Assembly (NCBI GenBank): GCA_038087875.1
Contig: CM075995.1
Location: forward strand, 7,008,001 to 7,072,000
Direction: 5' to 3'
Length of the DNA: 64,000 nt
Source: Malacoraja senta
Taxonomy: Eukaryota
Shown: positions 35,798 to 47,156 of the stretch, piece by piece
How the letters are laid out: each line of letters opens with the position of its first letter
How positions within the stretch are numbered: the first letter of the stretch is position 1
The notes under the pieces: generated by a model
Told to the model about the DNA's origin: nothing
Seen by the model: the letters and a program-made list of their open reading frames with translations, nothing else
Databases searched by the model: none
Made by a program: the position numbers and the translations under genes

Positions 35798-38700
35798 CTC
35801 ATTGAAATGTACAGAACAGTGAAAGGCTTGGATAGAGTGGATGTGGAGAGGATGTTTCCACTGGTGGGAGAGTCTAGGAACGGAGGGCACAGCCTCAGAA
35901 TTAAAGGACATTCTTTTAGGAAGGAGATGAAGAGACATTTCTTTAGTCAGAGGGTGATGAATCTGTGGAATTCTTTGTCACAGAAGGCTGTGGAGGCCAA
36001 GTCAATGGATATATTTAAAGCAGAGATAGATAGATTCTTGATTTGTACGGGTGTCAGAGGTTATGGGGAGAAGGCAGGGGAATGGGGTTAAGAGGGGAAG
36101 ATAGATTGAATGGCGGAGTAGTCTTGATGGGCCGAATGGCCTAATTCTACTACAATCACGTGTGACCTTATACATACACACGCACCTGCAAATGCAAGCG
36201 CACACACACACACACACACACACACACGCGCGCGAGCCTGTGCTTGCCCCAAATCCCTCTAAACCATGTATGTCCCTCCAATCCAGGTACCTGTCAAAAT
36301 GTTTCTTAAGCGTTGGGATAGTCCCTGCCTCAACTACCTCCTCTGGCAGCCCTTTCCATACACCCACCGTCCTTCATATAAAAAAAGTTGCCCCTCAGGA
36401 TCCTATTAATTTCCCCCCCTCAAATTTATGTTAATGTTCTCTGGTTCTTGAATTCCCTACCCTGGGCATTTACCCGATCTATTCCTCTTATGATTTTGCA
36501 TACCTTGATAAGATCACCCCTCATCCTCCTGCGCTCCAAGAAATAAAGTCTTAGCCTTAAGTCCTAGACTTAGGTCTCTTAGTCCATTAAGTACAAAGCA
36601 ATTTTATCAAGCACAAAATAATTTTGTTCGTCCACACACATGGTAACGTCGACATAACATCGTAAATTCAACTAGCACTCGAAGGCTAGCGAGCAAAGCT
36701 GCCTGAGATATACCAGAATGAAGCCTCAATCACAGGGTATTAGCTACAAGCAGAGGTTGGAGAATCTTGGATTGTTTTCTCTGGATTTTCAGAGGCAGAA
36801 GGGAGGTCGATAGACGTATACATAGTTGTGAGATGCATAGAGAGGGTAGACAGTCAGAACCTTTTCCCCAGGGTTGTAAAATATCAAAGACTATAGGCCA
36901 TAGCTTTAAGGCGAGAGTCTTAAAGCTAAACATTTTGACACGTTTCAAGTCTGGGATAAATGGGAAGGTGCAATGATACAGTGAAGAAAAAAAGTGAATC
37001 AGAGCAGCTGTAATTAGAAATTAATTATAATACACTAACACATGAATATTAATGAATAATATTTGATCTTAGTCTCTAATTTGAGAGAAGACTTCCTGCC
37101 AGAGCTTGGTTTGGGAACAGCTTCATCCAAGATGAGAAGAGATTGCAGAGAATTGTGGACGCAGCCCAGACCATCGCACGGTCCAACCTCCCTTCCATTG
37201 ACTCCATCTACACCTCACGCTGCCTCGGCAAGGCCAGCAGCATAATCAAGGACGAGTCGCACCCTGGCCGCTCCCTCTTCTCCCCTCTCACATCAGGCAA
37301 GAGGTACAGAAATGTGAAAAACCACACCTCCAGATTCAGGGACAGTTTCTTCCCAGCTGTTATCAGGCAACTGAACCGTCCTACCACCAACTAGAGAGCG
37401 GTCCTGACCTCCCTTCTACCTCATTGGAGATCCTTGGACTATCTTTAATCAAACTTTATTGAACATTATCTGTGGAAGTTGGTGAGAGTAGGGTTGGGGA
37501 CATGTCGATCTTCCTCAGCCATCTAATTTGTCCGTCCTTTGGAATTGAACTGGTTTGGACTGGATCGGAGAATAAAAAGGGTTGTGAGAATGGGTTCTTG
37601 AGACCTGGTGGGCCCAAGGGCCTGTTTCCATGCTGTATGGCAAGAGGGGTAAATTAAAAAAGATACGATACAATACGATAGAACTTTATTTATTCAAGGA
37701 GGGAAAGCGATCTGCCAACATTCATAACAACACAACTTACATGAAACATGAAATTAAAGAGTGGAAAGATTGGGGAGGAGTGGGGGTGGGGGGGGGGGAG
37801 AGTCAGTCTACCCCACGACAGAAGGAGGAGAAGTTGTACAGTTTGGTAGCCACAGGGAAGAAGGATATCCTGTGGCTTTCTGTCCTGCATCTTGGTGGAA
37901 CCAGTCTGTTGCTGAAGGTGCTCCTCAGGTTGACCAGTGTGTCATGGAGGGGGTGAGCTGTATTGTCCAGGATGCTCCACAGTTTGAGGAGCATCCTCCC
38001 CCCCAAGACCAACCTCCCATGAAAAGAGATGTGAGGGTTAATTTTTTAATAAACTGAGAGACTGTTGGTGCCTGGAATGCGCTGCCAATGGTGGTGGTGG
38101 AAGCAGGCACGACAGTTGCGAATTTCACCGAAGCCGATTTGCCGACAAACCTGTACGTCTTTGGAGTGCGGGAGGAACCCGGAGCACCTGGAGGAAACCC
38201 ACGCAGGTCACGGGGAGAAGGATCGGACTTTACTGGCTTTACCTTGCACTAAACGTTATTCCCTTATCATGTATCTGTACACTGCGAATGGCTCGATTGT
38301 AATCATGTATTGTCTTTCTAATGACTGGTTAGCACGCAAACAAATGCTTTTCACTGTACCTCGGTACACAATAGACAATAGACAATAGGTGCAGGAGTAG
38401 GCCATTTGAATCCTTCGAGCCAGCACCGCCATTCAATGTGATCATGGCTGATCATCCCCAATCAGTACCCCGTTCCTGCCTTCTCCCCATATCCCCTGAC
38501 TCTGCTATCTTTAAGAGCCCTATCTAGCTCTCTCTTGAAAGCATCCAGAGAACCTGCCTCCGCCGCCCTCTGAGGCAGAGAATTCCACAGACTCACCACT
38601 CTCTGTGAGAAAAAAGTGTTTCCTCGTCTCCTTTCTAAATGGCTTACCCATTATTCTTAAACTGTGGCCCCTGGTTCTGGACTCCCCCCAACATCGGGAA

Positions 38701-39315
38701 CATGTTTCCTGCCTCCACGTGTCCAAGCCCTTAACAATCTTATATGTTTCAATGAGATCCCCTCTCATCCTTCTAAACTCCAGAGTGTACAAGCCCAGCT
38801 GCTCCATTCTCTCAGCATATGACAGTCCCGCCATCCCGGGAATTAACCTTGTATACATGTGACAATAAACTAAACTATATTAAAATAAACAAGTCTAAAC
38901 AAAACTAAACTAAATGAAACCAAACAAAATTAAGCCTGAAACAAAACAAAAATGAAAACTAGTCTGAAACTAAACGCAAAAAAAAAGTTTTCGCTGTACC
39001 TCAGTAAACATCATAGTAAACTGAACTAAACTAAACCTGAAACTTCAAAACATACAAACTCCGTACAGACAGCACCCATAGTCAGGATCGAACCGGGGTC
39101 TCTGGCGTCCTGAGGCAGCTACTCTAGCGCTGCGCCACCGTGTCTGTGTGTGTAAAGAGGCTCCACGATCTGAGAGTTGCTGCCTTACAGCGCTGGCAGC
39201 GCCGGAGCCCCGGGTTCGATCCCGACGGCAGGTAAATAGTTTGTACGTTCTCCCCTTCAGGCTATTGGGAGAAGGCGGGAGAATGGGGTTGAGAAGGAAA
39301 GATAGATCAGAGGTA

Positions 39316-39452
39316 GGGGTGGAGGATTGCAACCTTCACGTGGCCCGCCCTGTTTCGACTAATGCAATCAACTCGACGTGCACAAACGGAAGATCACATA
39401 GAACAAGTTGTCCAACAACTTTAGGCTGTGCGCGCCATACGCAAGAATAAGA
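39316..39452 (+). mobile_element. Short non-autonomous retroelement headed by an HDV/CPEB3-like ribozyme fold, (GAA)n-like tail
   Basis: Flanked by direct repeat AGATCAGAGGTA (39304-39315 / 39453-39464); 5' 54 nt fold as a nested double pseudoknot; second copy at 31758-31895. Confidence 0.8.
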
Positions 39453-39689
39453 AGATCAGAGGTAGACAAAAAATGCTGGAGAAACTCAGCGGGTGAGGCA
39501 GCATCTATGGAGAGAAGGAAAGGGATAGGCTTTTTTCGAAACTCTCTTCAGCCATGATTGAATGGCCGAGTGGACTAGATCGGCCAAATGGCCTCATTCT
39601 GCTCCGAGACGATATGACCTCCTGCGTTTTCCTGGGGTGCTCCGGTTTCCTCCCACGCTCCAAAGACATGCGGGTTCAAAGAATCATAG

Positions 39690-40302
39690 AAAGATAGAAA
39701 ATAGGTGCAGGGAGTAGGCCATTCGGCCCTTCGAGCCTGCACAGCCATTCAATATAATCATGGCTGATCATCCTACTCAGTATCCTGTACCTGCCTTCTC
39801 TCCATACCCCCTGATCCCTTTAGCCACAAGGGCCACATCTAACTCCCTCTTAACTGAACTGGCCTCAACTACGTTCTGTGGCAGAGAATTCCACAGATTC
39901 ACCACTCTCTGTGTAAAAAATGTTTTTCTCATCTCGGTCCTAAAGGATTTCCCCTTTATCCTTGAACTGTGACCCCTTGTCCTGGACTTCCCCAACATCG
40001 GGAACAATCTTCCTGCATCTAGCCTGTCCAACCCCTTAAGAATCTTGTAAGTTTCTATAAGATCCCCCCTCAATCTTCTAAATTCTAGCGAGTACAAGCC
40101 GAGTCTATCCAGTCCTTTCTTCATATGAAAGTCCTGACATCCCCAGGAATCAGTCTGGTGAACCTTCTCTGTACTCCCTCTATGGCAAGAATGTCTTTTC
40201 CTCAGATTAGGAGACCAAAACTGTACGCAATACTCCAGGTGTGGCTCACCAAGACCCTGTACAACTGCAGTAGGAACCTCCCTGCTCCGATACTCAAATC
40301 CT
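39690..40302 (-). mobile_element. CR1-clade LINE 3' fragment
   Basis: ORF 39777..40124. Confidence 0.88.
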
Positions 40303-40475
40303 TAAATAGGTTAATTGGTTTCCGTATATTGTCCCCAGTGTGCGTGTGAGATAGTGCTGGCGGGCGGGGTGATCGCTGGTCGGCGCGGACCCGGCGGGCC
40401 GAAGGGCCTGTTTCCCGCGCTGTATCTCTGAACTAAACTGAAGGAAAGAGTTTACAAGCGAGGCTCCATACGCAC

Positions 40476-40599
40476 CTGGACCTTCTCTCCTGCTGTGTGC
40501 TGAAGCCAGCGAAGGACTGGCTTCTAATGATACCGTTGGGGCCACCAGGGGAAGAGGGAGATCCTGCCGACATGATGACTGGAGACCTGGCCGAGATTT
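40476..40599 (-). CDS. RIPOR2: RIPOR2-like exon containing ATG at 40573 (..[40 protein letters not shown])
   Basis: Long T-rich tract plus gagcag acceptor; donor AG|gtgcgt; motif [15 protein letters not shown]. An alternative acceptor at cggccag (exon start 40586) is possible. Confidence 0.9.
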
Positions 40600-40837
40600 C
40601 TGCTCGAAAGAAAAAGAAAAAAAAACACAACTGAGCAAACACTAGCGGCTAGGAGTGGTCTCACGTTCCCGTCACCGCTATAATCCACGCTACCAATGCC
40701 GGTGGTCGAATAACCGCCCCCCCCCCCCCCCCCCGACCAAAGTGGTGCAGTATCAGTTCAGTATATTGTCACGTGGACCGAGGTACAGGAACCCAGTCAG
40801 AGAAAGACTGAATTATGAAGAAGGGTCTCGACCCGAA

Positions 40838-41362
40838 AGGAAAAGACATTCTTGCCATAGAGGGAGTACAGAGAAGGTTCACCAGACTGATTCCTGGGAT
40901 GTCAGGACTTTCATATGAAGAAAGACTGGATAGACTCGGCTTGTACTCGCTAGAATTGAGAAGATTGAGGGGGGATCTTATAGAAACGTACAGAATTCTT
41001 AAGGGGTTGGACAGGCTAGATGCAGGAAAGATTGTTCCCGATGTTGGGGAAGTCCAGGACAAGGGGTCACAGTTTAAGGATAAAGGGGAAATCCTTTAGG
41101 ACCGAGATGAGAAAACCATTTTTTCACACAGAGAGTGGTGAATCTGTGGAATTCTCTGCCACAGAAGGTAGTTGGGGCCAGGTTCATTGGCTATATTTAA
41201 GAGGAGTTAGATGTGGCCCTTGTGGCTAAAGGGTTCAGTGGGTATGGAGAGAAGGCAGGTACAGGATGAGTTGGATGATCAGCCATGATCATATTGAATG
41301 GCGGTGCAGGCTCGAAGGGCCAAATGGCCTACTCCTGCACCTATTTTCTATGGTTTTCTATG
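40838..41362 (+). mobile_element. CR1-clade LINE 3' fragment (same subfamily as 39690-40302, inverted)
   Basis: ORFs 40815..41099 and 41020..41229. Confidence 0.88.
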
Positions 41363-44300
41363 AAACGTCAGCCATTCCTTCTCTCCAGAGGTGCTGCCTG
41401 TCCCGCTGAGTTACTCCAGCGTTTTTGTGTCTGTCAGAGAAGAGACTGCACATGACTGCAATCAAGCCACACGGTGTGTAGATACACGATGAGGGAATGA
41501 CATTTCGTGCAAGGTAAAGCCCGATCAAGGATAGTCCGAGGGTCACCAATGAGGTAGATGGTAGTTCAGCACTGCTCTCTGGTTGTGGTAGGATGGTTCC
41601 GTTGCCTGATAACAGCTGGGAAGAAACTGTCCCTGAATCTGGAGGTGTGCGTTTTCACACATCTGTAACCTCTTGCCTGATGGGAGCGGGAGAAGAGGGA
41701 CTGGCCAGGGTGTGGCCTGTATCTCAGGGTAACTCAGTGGGTCAGGCAGCATCTCTGGAACTAGTCATCTTGAGCCAGGCACCAGCTCCCAGAAACCCCC
41801 TCGTACCAAAGGCAGACACAATAAGCTGGGGTAACCCCCCCTCCCTCTTGGCGGTGCTGGCTCGAAAGGGCCGAATGGCCTGCTCCTGCACCTATTGTCT
41901 AGTGTCTTATTGCAACTCAGCGTCTCTTGAGAAAAGGAATAGGTGACGGTTCGGGTTGGAAACCTTCTTGAGTCTGAAGTCTGAAGACCCTTCTCGAGGC
42001 TGAAGAAGGGTCCCGACCGGAAACGTCACATTGCAGGTGGGGACGATTGTGGCTGCGATATGTTGGTGGGTGTGAGCAAGATGGGCCGAAGGGCCTTTTT
42101 TCCAGGCTGTATCACCCTTGTTTCCACTAGTGGGAGAGTTCGGAACCAGAGGGCACAGCCTCAGCGTAAAGGACGCACCTTTAGAATTTCTGTGGAATTC
42201 ACTGCCACGGACGGCTGTGGAGGCCAAGTCAATGGGTATTTTTAAAGCAGAGATTGATAGGTTCTTGATTAGTGCGGGTGTCAAAGGTTATGGGGCGAAG
42301 GCAGGAGAATGGGGTTTGAGAGGGAAAGATAGATCAGCCATGATTGAATGGGAGAGCAAACACTGTGGGCCTAATTCTGTTCCTAATGTCTTATTGATCT
42401 TATGATCTAGAAGATCATTTAGTTTAGTTTAGTATTGTCACGTGGGCTGTGGTACAGCGAAACAGCCATGATTGCATGGCAGAATAGACTAGATGGGCCG
42501 AATGGCCTAATTCAGCTCCATGTCTTATGAACTTGTAATGCAATGATCTGGATAGAATGAACATATAAGATTATTAAGGGATTGGACACACTAGAGGCAG
42601 GAAACATGTTTCCCGATGTTGGGGGTGTCCCAGAACCAGGGGCCACTGTTTAAGAATAAGGGGTAAGCCACTTAGAACGGAGATGAGGAAATAACTTTTT
42701 AACCCAGAGAGTTGTGAATCTGTGGAATTCTCTGCCTCAGAGGGCGGTGGAGGCAGGTTCTCTGGATGCTTTCAAGAGAGAGCTTGATAGGGCTCTTAAA
42801 GATAGCGGAGTCAGGGGATATGGGGAGAAGGCAGGAACGGGGTACTGATTGGGGATGATCAGCCATGATCACATTGAATGGTGGTGCTGGCTCGAAGGGC
42901 CGAATGGCCTACTCCTGCACCTTTTGTCTATTGTCTATTGAACAACTTTGAATAATTAGAATTGCAAAAATTTGACACGTGTCAAGTCTGGGATAAATGG
43001 GAAGGTGCAACGATACAGTGAAGAAAAAAAGTGGATCAGAGCAGATGTAATTAGAAATTGATTATAATACACTAACACATGAATATTGATGAATAACATT
43101 TGATCTTAGCCTCTCATTTGAGAGAAGACTTTCTGCAGAGGCTTGGTTTGGGAACAACTTCATCCAAGACGACAAGAAATTGCAGAGAATTGTGGACGCA
43201 GCCCAGACTATCGCACAAACCACCACCCTTCCATTGACTCCATCTACACCTCACGCTGCCTCGGCAAGCTCAGCAGCATAATAAAGTACGAGCCCCACCC
43301 CGGCTACTCCTCTTCTCCCCCTCCCATCCAGGCAAGAGGTACAGAAGTTGTGAAAACACACACCTCCAGATTCAGAGACAGTTTCTTCCCAGCTGTTATC
43401 AGGCAACTGAACCGTCCTACCACCAACTAGAGAGCTCCTTTCTACCTCCCTTCTACCTCATTGGAAGATCCTTGGACTATCTTTAATCAAACTTTATTGA
43501 ACATTATCTGTGGAAAGTTGGTGAGAGTAGGGTTGGGGACATGTCGAACTTCCTCGGCCATCTAATTTGTCCGTCCTTTGGAATTGAAACTCGTTTGGAC
43601 TGGATCGGAGAATATAAGACAATAGACAACAGACAATAGGTGCAGGAGTAGGCCATTTGGCCCTTCGAGCCAGCACCACCATTCAATGTGATCATGGCTG
43701 ATCATCCCCAATCAGTACCCTGTTCCTGCCTTCTCCCCATATCCCCTGACTCTGCTATTTTTAAGAGCCCTTAAGGGGTTGTGAGAATGGGTTGTCGAGA
43801 TTTGGCGTGGACCTGGTGGGCCCAAGGGCCTGGTTCCATGCTGTGTGTCCATGACAACTATGTTTACTGCTCGGTACTAACTCCCATTCACTGGCAATGT
43901 TATCCCTTGACCACCTTGGCTGAATCTGTTTGCAATAATCTTGGAGAAAGAGCTTGAAGGTGAGAGGGGCAAAGTTTAAAGGAGATGTAAATGAGGAAAC
44001 AGGTTACAAGGCAATGGTCGGGAGGGGTGCGTTCACACACAGAGGGAGAAGAGGGAGTGTCCGGGGTGGGGCTCGTCCTTGATTGTGCTGTTGGCCTTGC
44101 CGAGGCAGCGTGAGGTGTGGATGGAGTCAACGGAAGGGGGGGTTGGTTTTAGCGTGACGGTCTGGGCGGGCTGCGCTCACAATTCTCTGCAAGTTTGATC
44201 ATTTCATTAGCAAGGAGGAAACTCTGTGTACCGCAGTCTTGCAACAGTTGAAGCTGCAACAACACATGCGTGGCAGAGTCGACACAAATGCGCAGGTGCA

Positions 44301-44621
44301 CTCGTGCCAGATTGAGACACAATGCACAAGTTTAGTTGAAGTTTGGTTTTAAGACAGGCACAAAATGCTGGAGTAACTCAGCATCTCTGGAGAGAAGGAA
44401 TGGGTGACGTTTCGGGTCGACACCTTCCCTCCAGACCATCAGTTTAGTTAGTTTCGCTTAGTATAGTTTGCTTCATAGAGTCATAGAGTCACACAGCATG
44501 GAAACAGGCCCTTCGGCCCAACTTGACCGCACCGGCCAACATGCCCCCACCTACACTAGACCCGCCTGGCTGCGTTTGGCCCATATCCCTCTAAACCTGT
44601 CGTATGCATGTACGAATACTT

Positions 44622-45153
44622 AGATACATAGATACATAGAAATAGGTGCAGGAGTAGGCCATTCGGCCCTTCGAGGCCTGCACCGCCATTCAATATGATC
44701 ATGGCTGATCATCCACTCAGTATCCCGTACCTGCCTTCTCTCCATACCCCCTGATCCCTTTAGCCACAAGGGCCACATCTAACTCCCTCTTAAATATAGC
44801 CAATGAACTGGCCTCAACTACCTTCTGTGGCAGAGAGTTCCAGAGATTCACCACTCTCTGTGTGAAAAAGTTTTTCCTCATCTCGGTCTTAAAGGATTTC
44901 CCCCTTATCCTTTAGCTGTGACCCCTTGTCCTGGACTTCCCCAACATCGGGAACAATCTTCCTGCATCTAGCCTGTCCAACCCCATAAGAATTTTGTACG
45001 TTTCTATAAGATCCCCCCTCAATCTCCTAAATTCTAGCGAGTATAAGCCAAGTCTATCCAGTCTTTCTTCATATGAAAGTCCTGACATCCCAGGAATCAG
45101 TCTGGTGAACCTTCTTTGCACTCCCTCTATGGCTATAATGTCCTTCCTCAGAA
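44622..45153 (-). mobile_element. CR1-clade LINE 3' fragment
   Basis: ORF 44912..45121. Confidence 0.88.
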
Positions 45154-45962
45154 TCCATGCTTAGTTTAGTTTAGGTTAGTTTAGTTGAGAGATGCAGCGC
45201 GGAAACAGGCCCTTCGGCCCACCGAGCTCGCCCTGCCGACCAGCGATCCCCGCACATTAACGCTATCTACACCCGCTAGTGACAATTTATAATGATACCA
45301 AGCCAATTGACCCACAAACCTGCACGTCTTTGGATTGTGGGAGGAAACCGCAGCACCCGGAGAAAACCCAACGCAGGTCACGGGGAGAGCGTGCAAACTC
45401 CGTACAGACAGCACCCATAGTCGGGGACGGACCCGGGCCTCTGGCGAGAGTTGGTGAGGCAGCAACTCTACCGCTGCACCACCGTGTACTGAGTTCAGTG
45501 AAGCAGCTTTTGTTGCGTGCTGAGCAGTCAGCGGAAAGACAATACGTGATTACAATCGAGCCATTCACAGAGCACAGATAGATACATGATAAAGGGAATA
45601 ACGTTTAGTGTAAGATAAAGTCCAGTAACATCCAATGAGGTAGATAGTAGCTCGGGACTGCTCCCTAGTTGTGGTAGGATGGTTGAGCTGCCTGCATGGA
45701 AACACACCCTTTGCACTAAATGTTGCACCCTTTCTCGTTCACCTTTGCACCGTGGATGGCTCGATTGTATTCAAGAGAGAGTTAGATAGGGCTCTTAAAG
45801 AGGTAGCGGAGTCAAGGGATATGGTGGGAAGGCAGGAACGGGGTACTGATTGGGGATGATCAGCCATGATGACAGTGAATGGCGGTGCTGGCTCGAAGGG
45901 CCGAATGGCCTACTCCTGCACCTATTGTCTATTGTATTCATGCATTGTCTTTTTGACTGGAT

Positions 45963-46372
45963 TCTCCTTAGGCCCCCTTCGTCGTGGCTGACCATGGGTG
46001 TCTCCAGCGTGCTATTCCCTATATGGAGGACGCATGTGCGTGACTTTATTTAACGTGGGGAGGCTGGTGCACAGACAGCCTCCCTTGACAGATCCGGGTC
46101 AGGATCCAGTAGCATGAAGTCCAAGACGACCGGAGACCCTTTTCTGCTGCAGCCTTCGTCCGCCTTCCCAGCCGTTGTGACGCTCCACTAAGGTCAGCTA
46201 TCGTCCTCCGCCTGTTCCACCGTTGAGGTCTTGGTTGGATTGCTCTCTGTCCGAAACCTCCCCTCGACCTTACCGCCATGGGTGGCCCTACCAGGAGCAT
46301 AGCTCCAGGCGGCATCGCTCTCAGGATCTCAGGAGACAAGCTTCTCCACCACGACAAGGTGACAATCCACGG
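45963..46372 (-). mobile_element. Non-autonomous RTE-derived element (RTE 5' UTR fused to a short 3' end)
   Basis: Starts GGATTGTCACCTTGTCGTGGTGGAGAAGCTTG..GCTCCTGGTAGGGCCACCCATGGC, recalled as typical of RTE/Rex3/BovB 5' UTRs; no ORF; interrupts another repeat (tgactgg|..|ttagcac). Confidence 0.6.
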
Positions 46373-46960
46373 TTAGCACACAAACAAAAGCTTTTCACCG
46401 TATCTCGGTACAAGTGACAATAATAAACTGAACAAAACTAACTAAGAAATAGGGTTGAGGTAGGTCAACCACGATTGAATGTTGGAGCACTCGATGGGCT
46501 GAATGGCCTAACTCAGTCTTACCGAGCCCATGCCGACCATCAATCACCCATTCACATTATTTCCATGTTATCCCACTTTCGTATCCACTGACTACACACC
46601 AGGAGCATTTTACAGAAGCCAATTAACCCACAAATCCACCCGTCTTTGGGAAGTGGGAGGAAACCGGAGCACCCGGCAAAATGTCACACGGAGAACCTGC
46701 AAACTCCACACAGACAGCACTGGAGGTCAGAATCAAAGCTGGGTCTCAGACGCTGTGAGGCAGCGGTTCTGTCAGCTGCACTACTGTGCTGCACAGGAGT
46801 CTGAAAGCCGTGACCACCAGGATGAAGAATCGCTTCTTCCCGGCAACACCAGGGAGCACCACGGCATGGATTGGGATCAGCTCCATCCAAAGCCGCAATA
46901 AATTGTAGAGAATTGTGGACACAGCCCAGACCATCACACAAACCAACCTCCTTTCCATTG

Positions 46961-47156
46961 AAGATAGGCACAAAACGTTGGAGTAACTCAGCGGGACAGG
47001 CAGCATCTCTGGAGAGAAGGAATGGGTCTGAAGAAGGGTCTCAACCCGAAACGTCACCCATTCCTTCTCTCCAGAGATGCTGCCTGTCCCACTGAGTTAC
47101 TCCAGCATATTATGTCCATCATCGACATAAACCAGCATCTGCAGTTCCTTCCTACA
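46961..47156. mobile_element. Penelope-derived inverted terminal-repeat pair enclosing a hammerhead core
   Basis: 46979-47027 is the reverse complement of 47056-47104 (1 mismatch), enclosing CTGAAGA-A-GGGT ctca ACCC-GAAACGTC. Confidence 0.8.

Larger units (their letters stand above)
2059..40599 (-). other. RIPOR2: RIPOR2/FAM65B-like gene, 5' portion (12 coding exons; continues beyond the left edge of the window)
   Basis: Manually spliced exons with AG acceptors, GT or GC donors and consistent phases. They translate to [25 protein letters not shown]...LKKPQGKLKKM...EYLEVNQAELDKL...[48 protein letters not shown]...[34 protein letters not shown]...[22 protein letters not shown]...[10 protein letters not shown]...RSRSFSDLPSLR, which matches the RIPOR (PL48) N-terminal region and is closest to RIPOR2 as I recall it. 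Orthology versus paralogy is not established. Confidence 0.9.

Noticed and set aside
38400..45000. Many 1-bp indels in otherwise young CR1 copies as a mutational signature
   Set aside because: Mostly in homopolymers and more simply explained by local long-read consensus error; this also cautions against over-reading single mismatches in this interval
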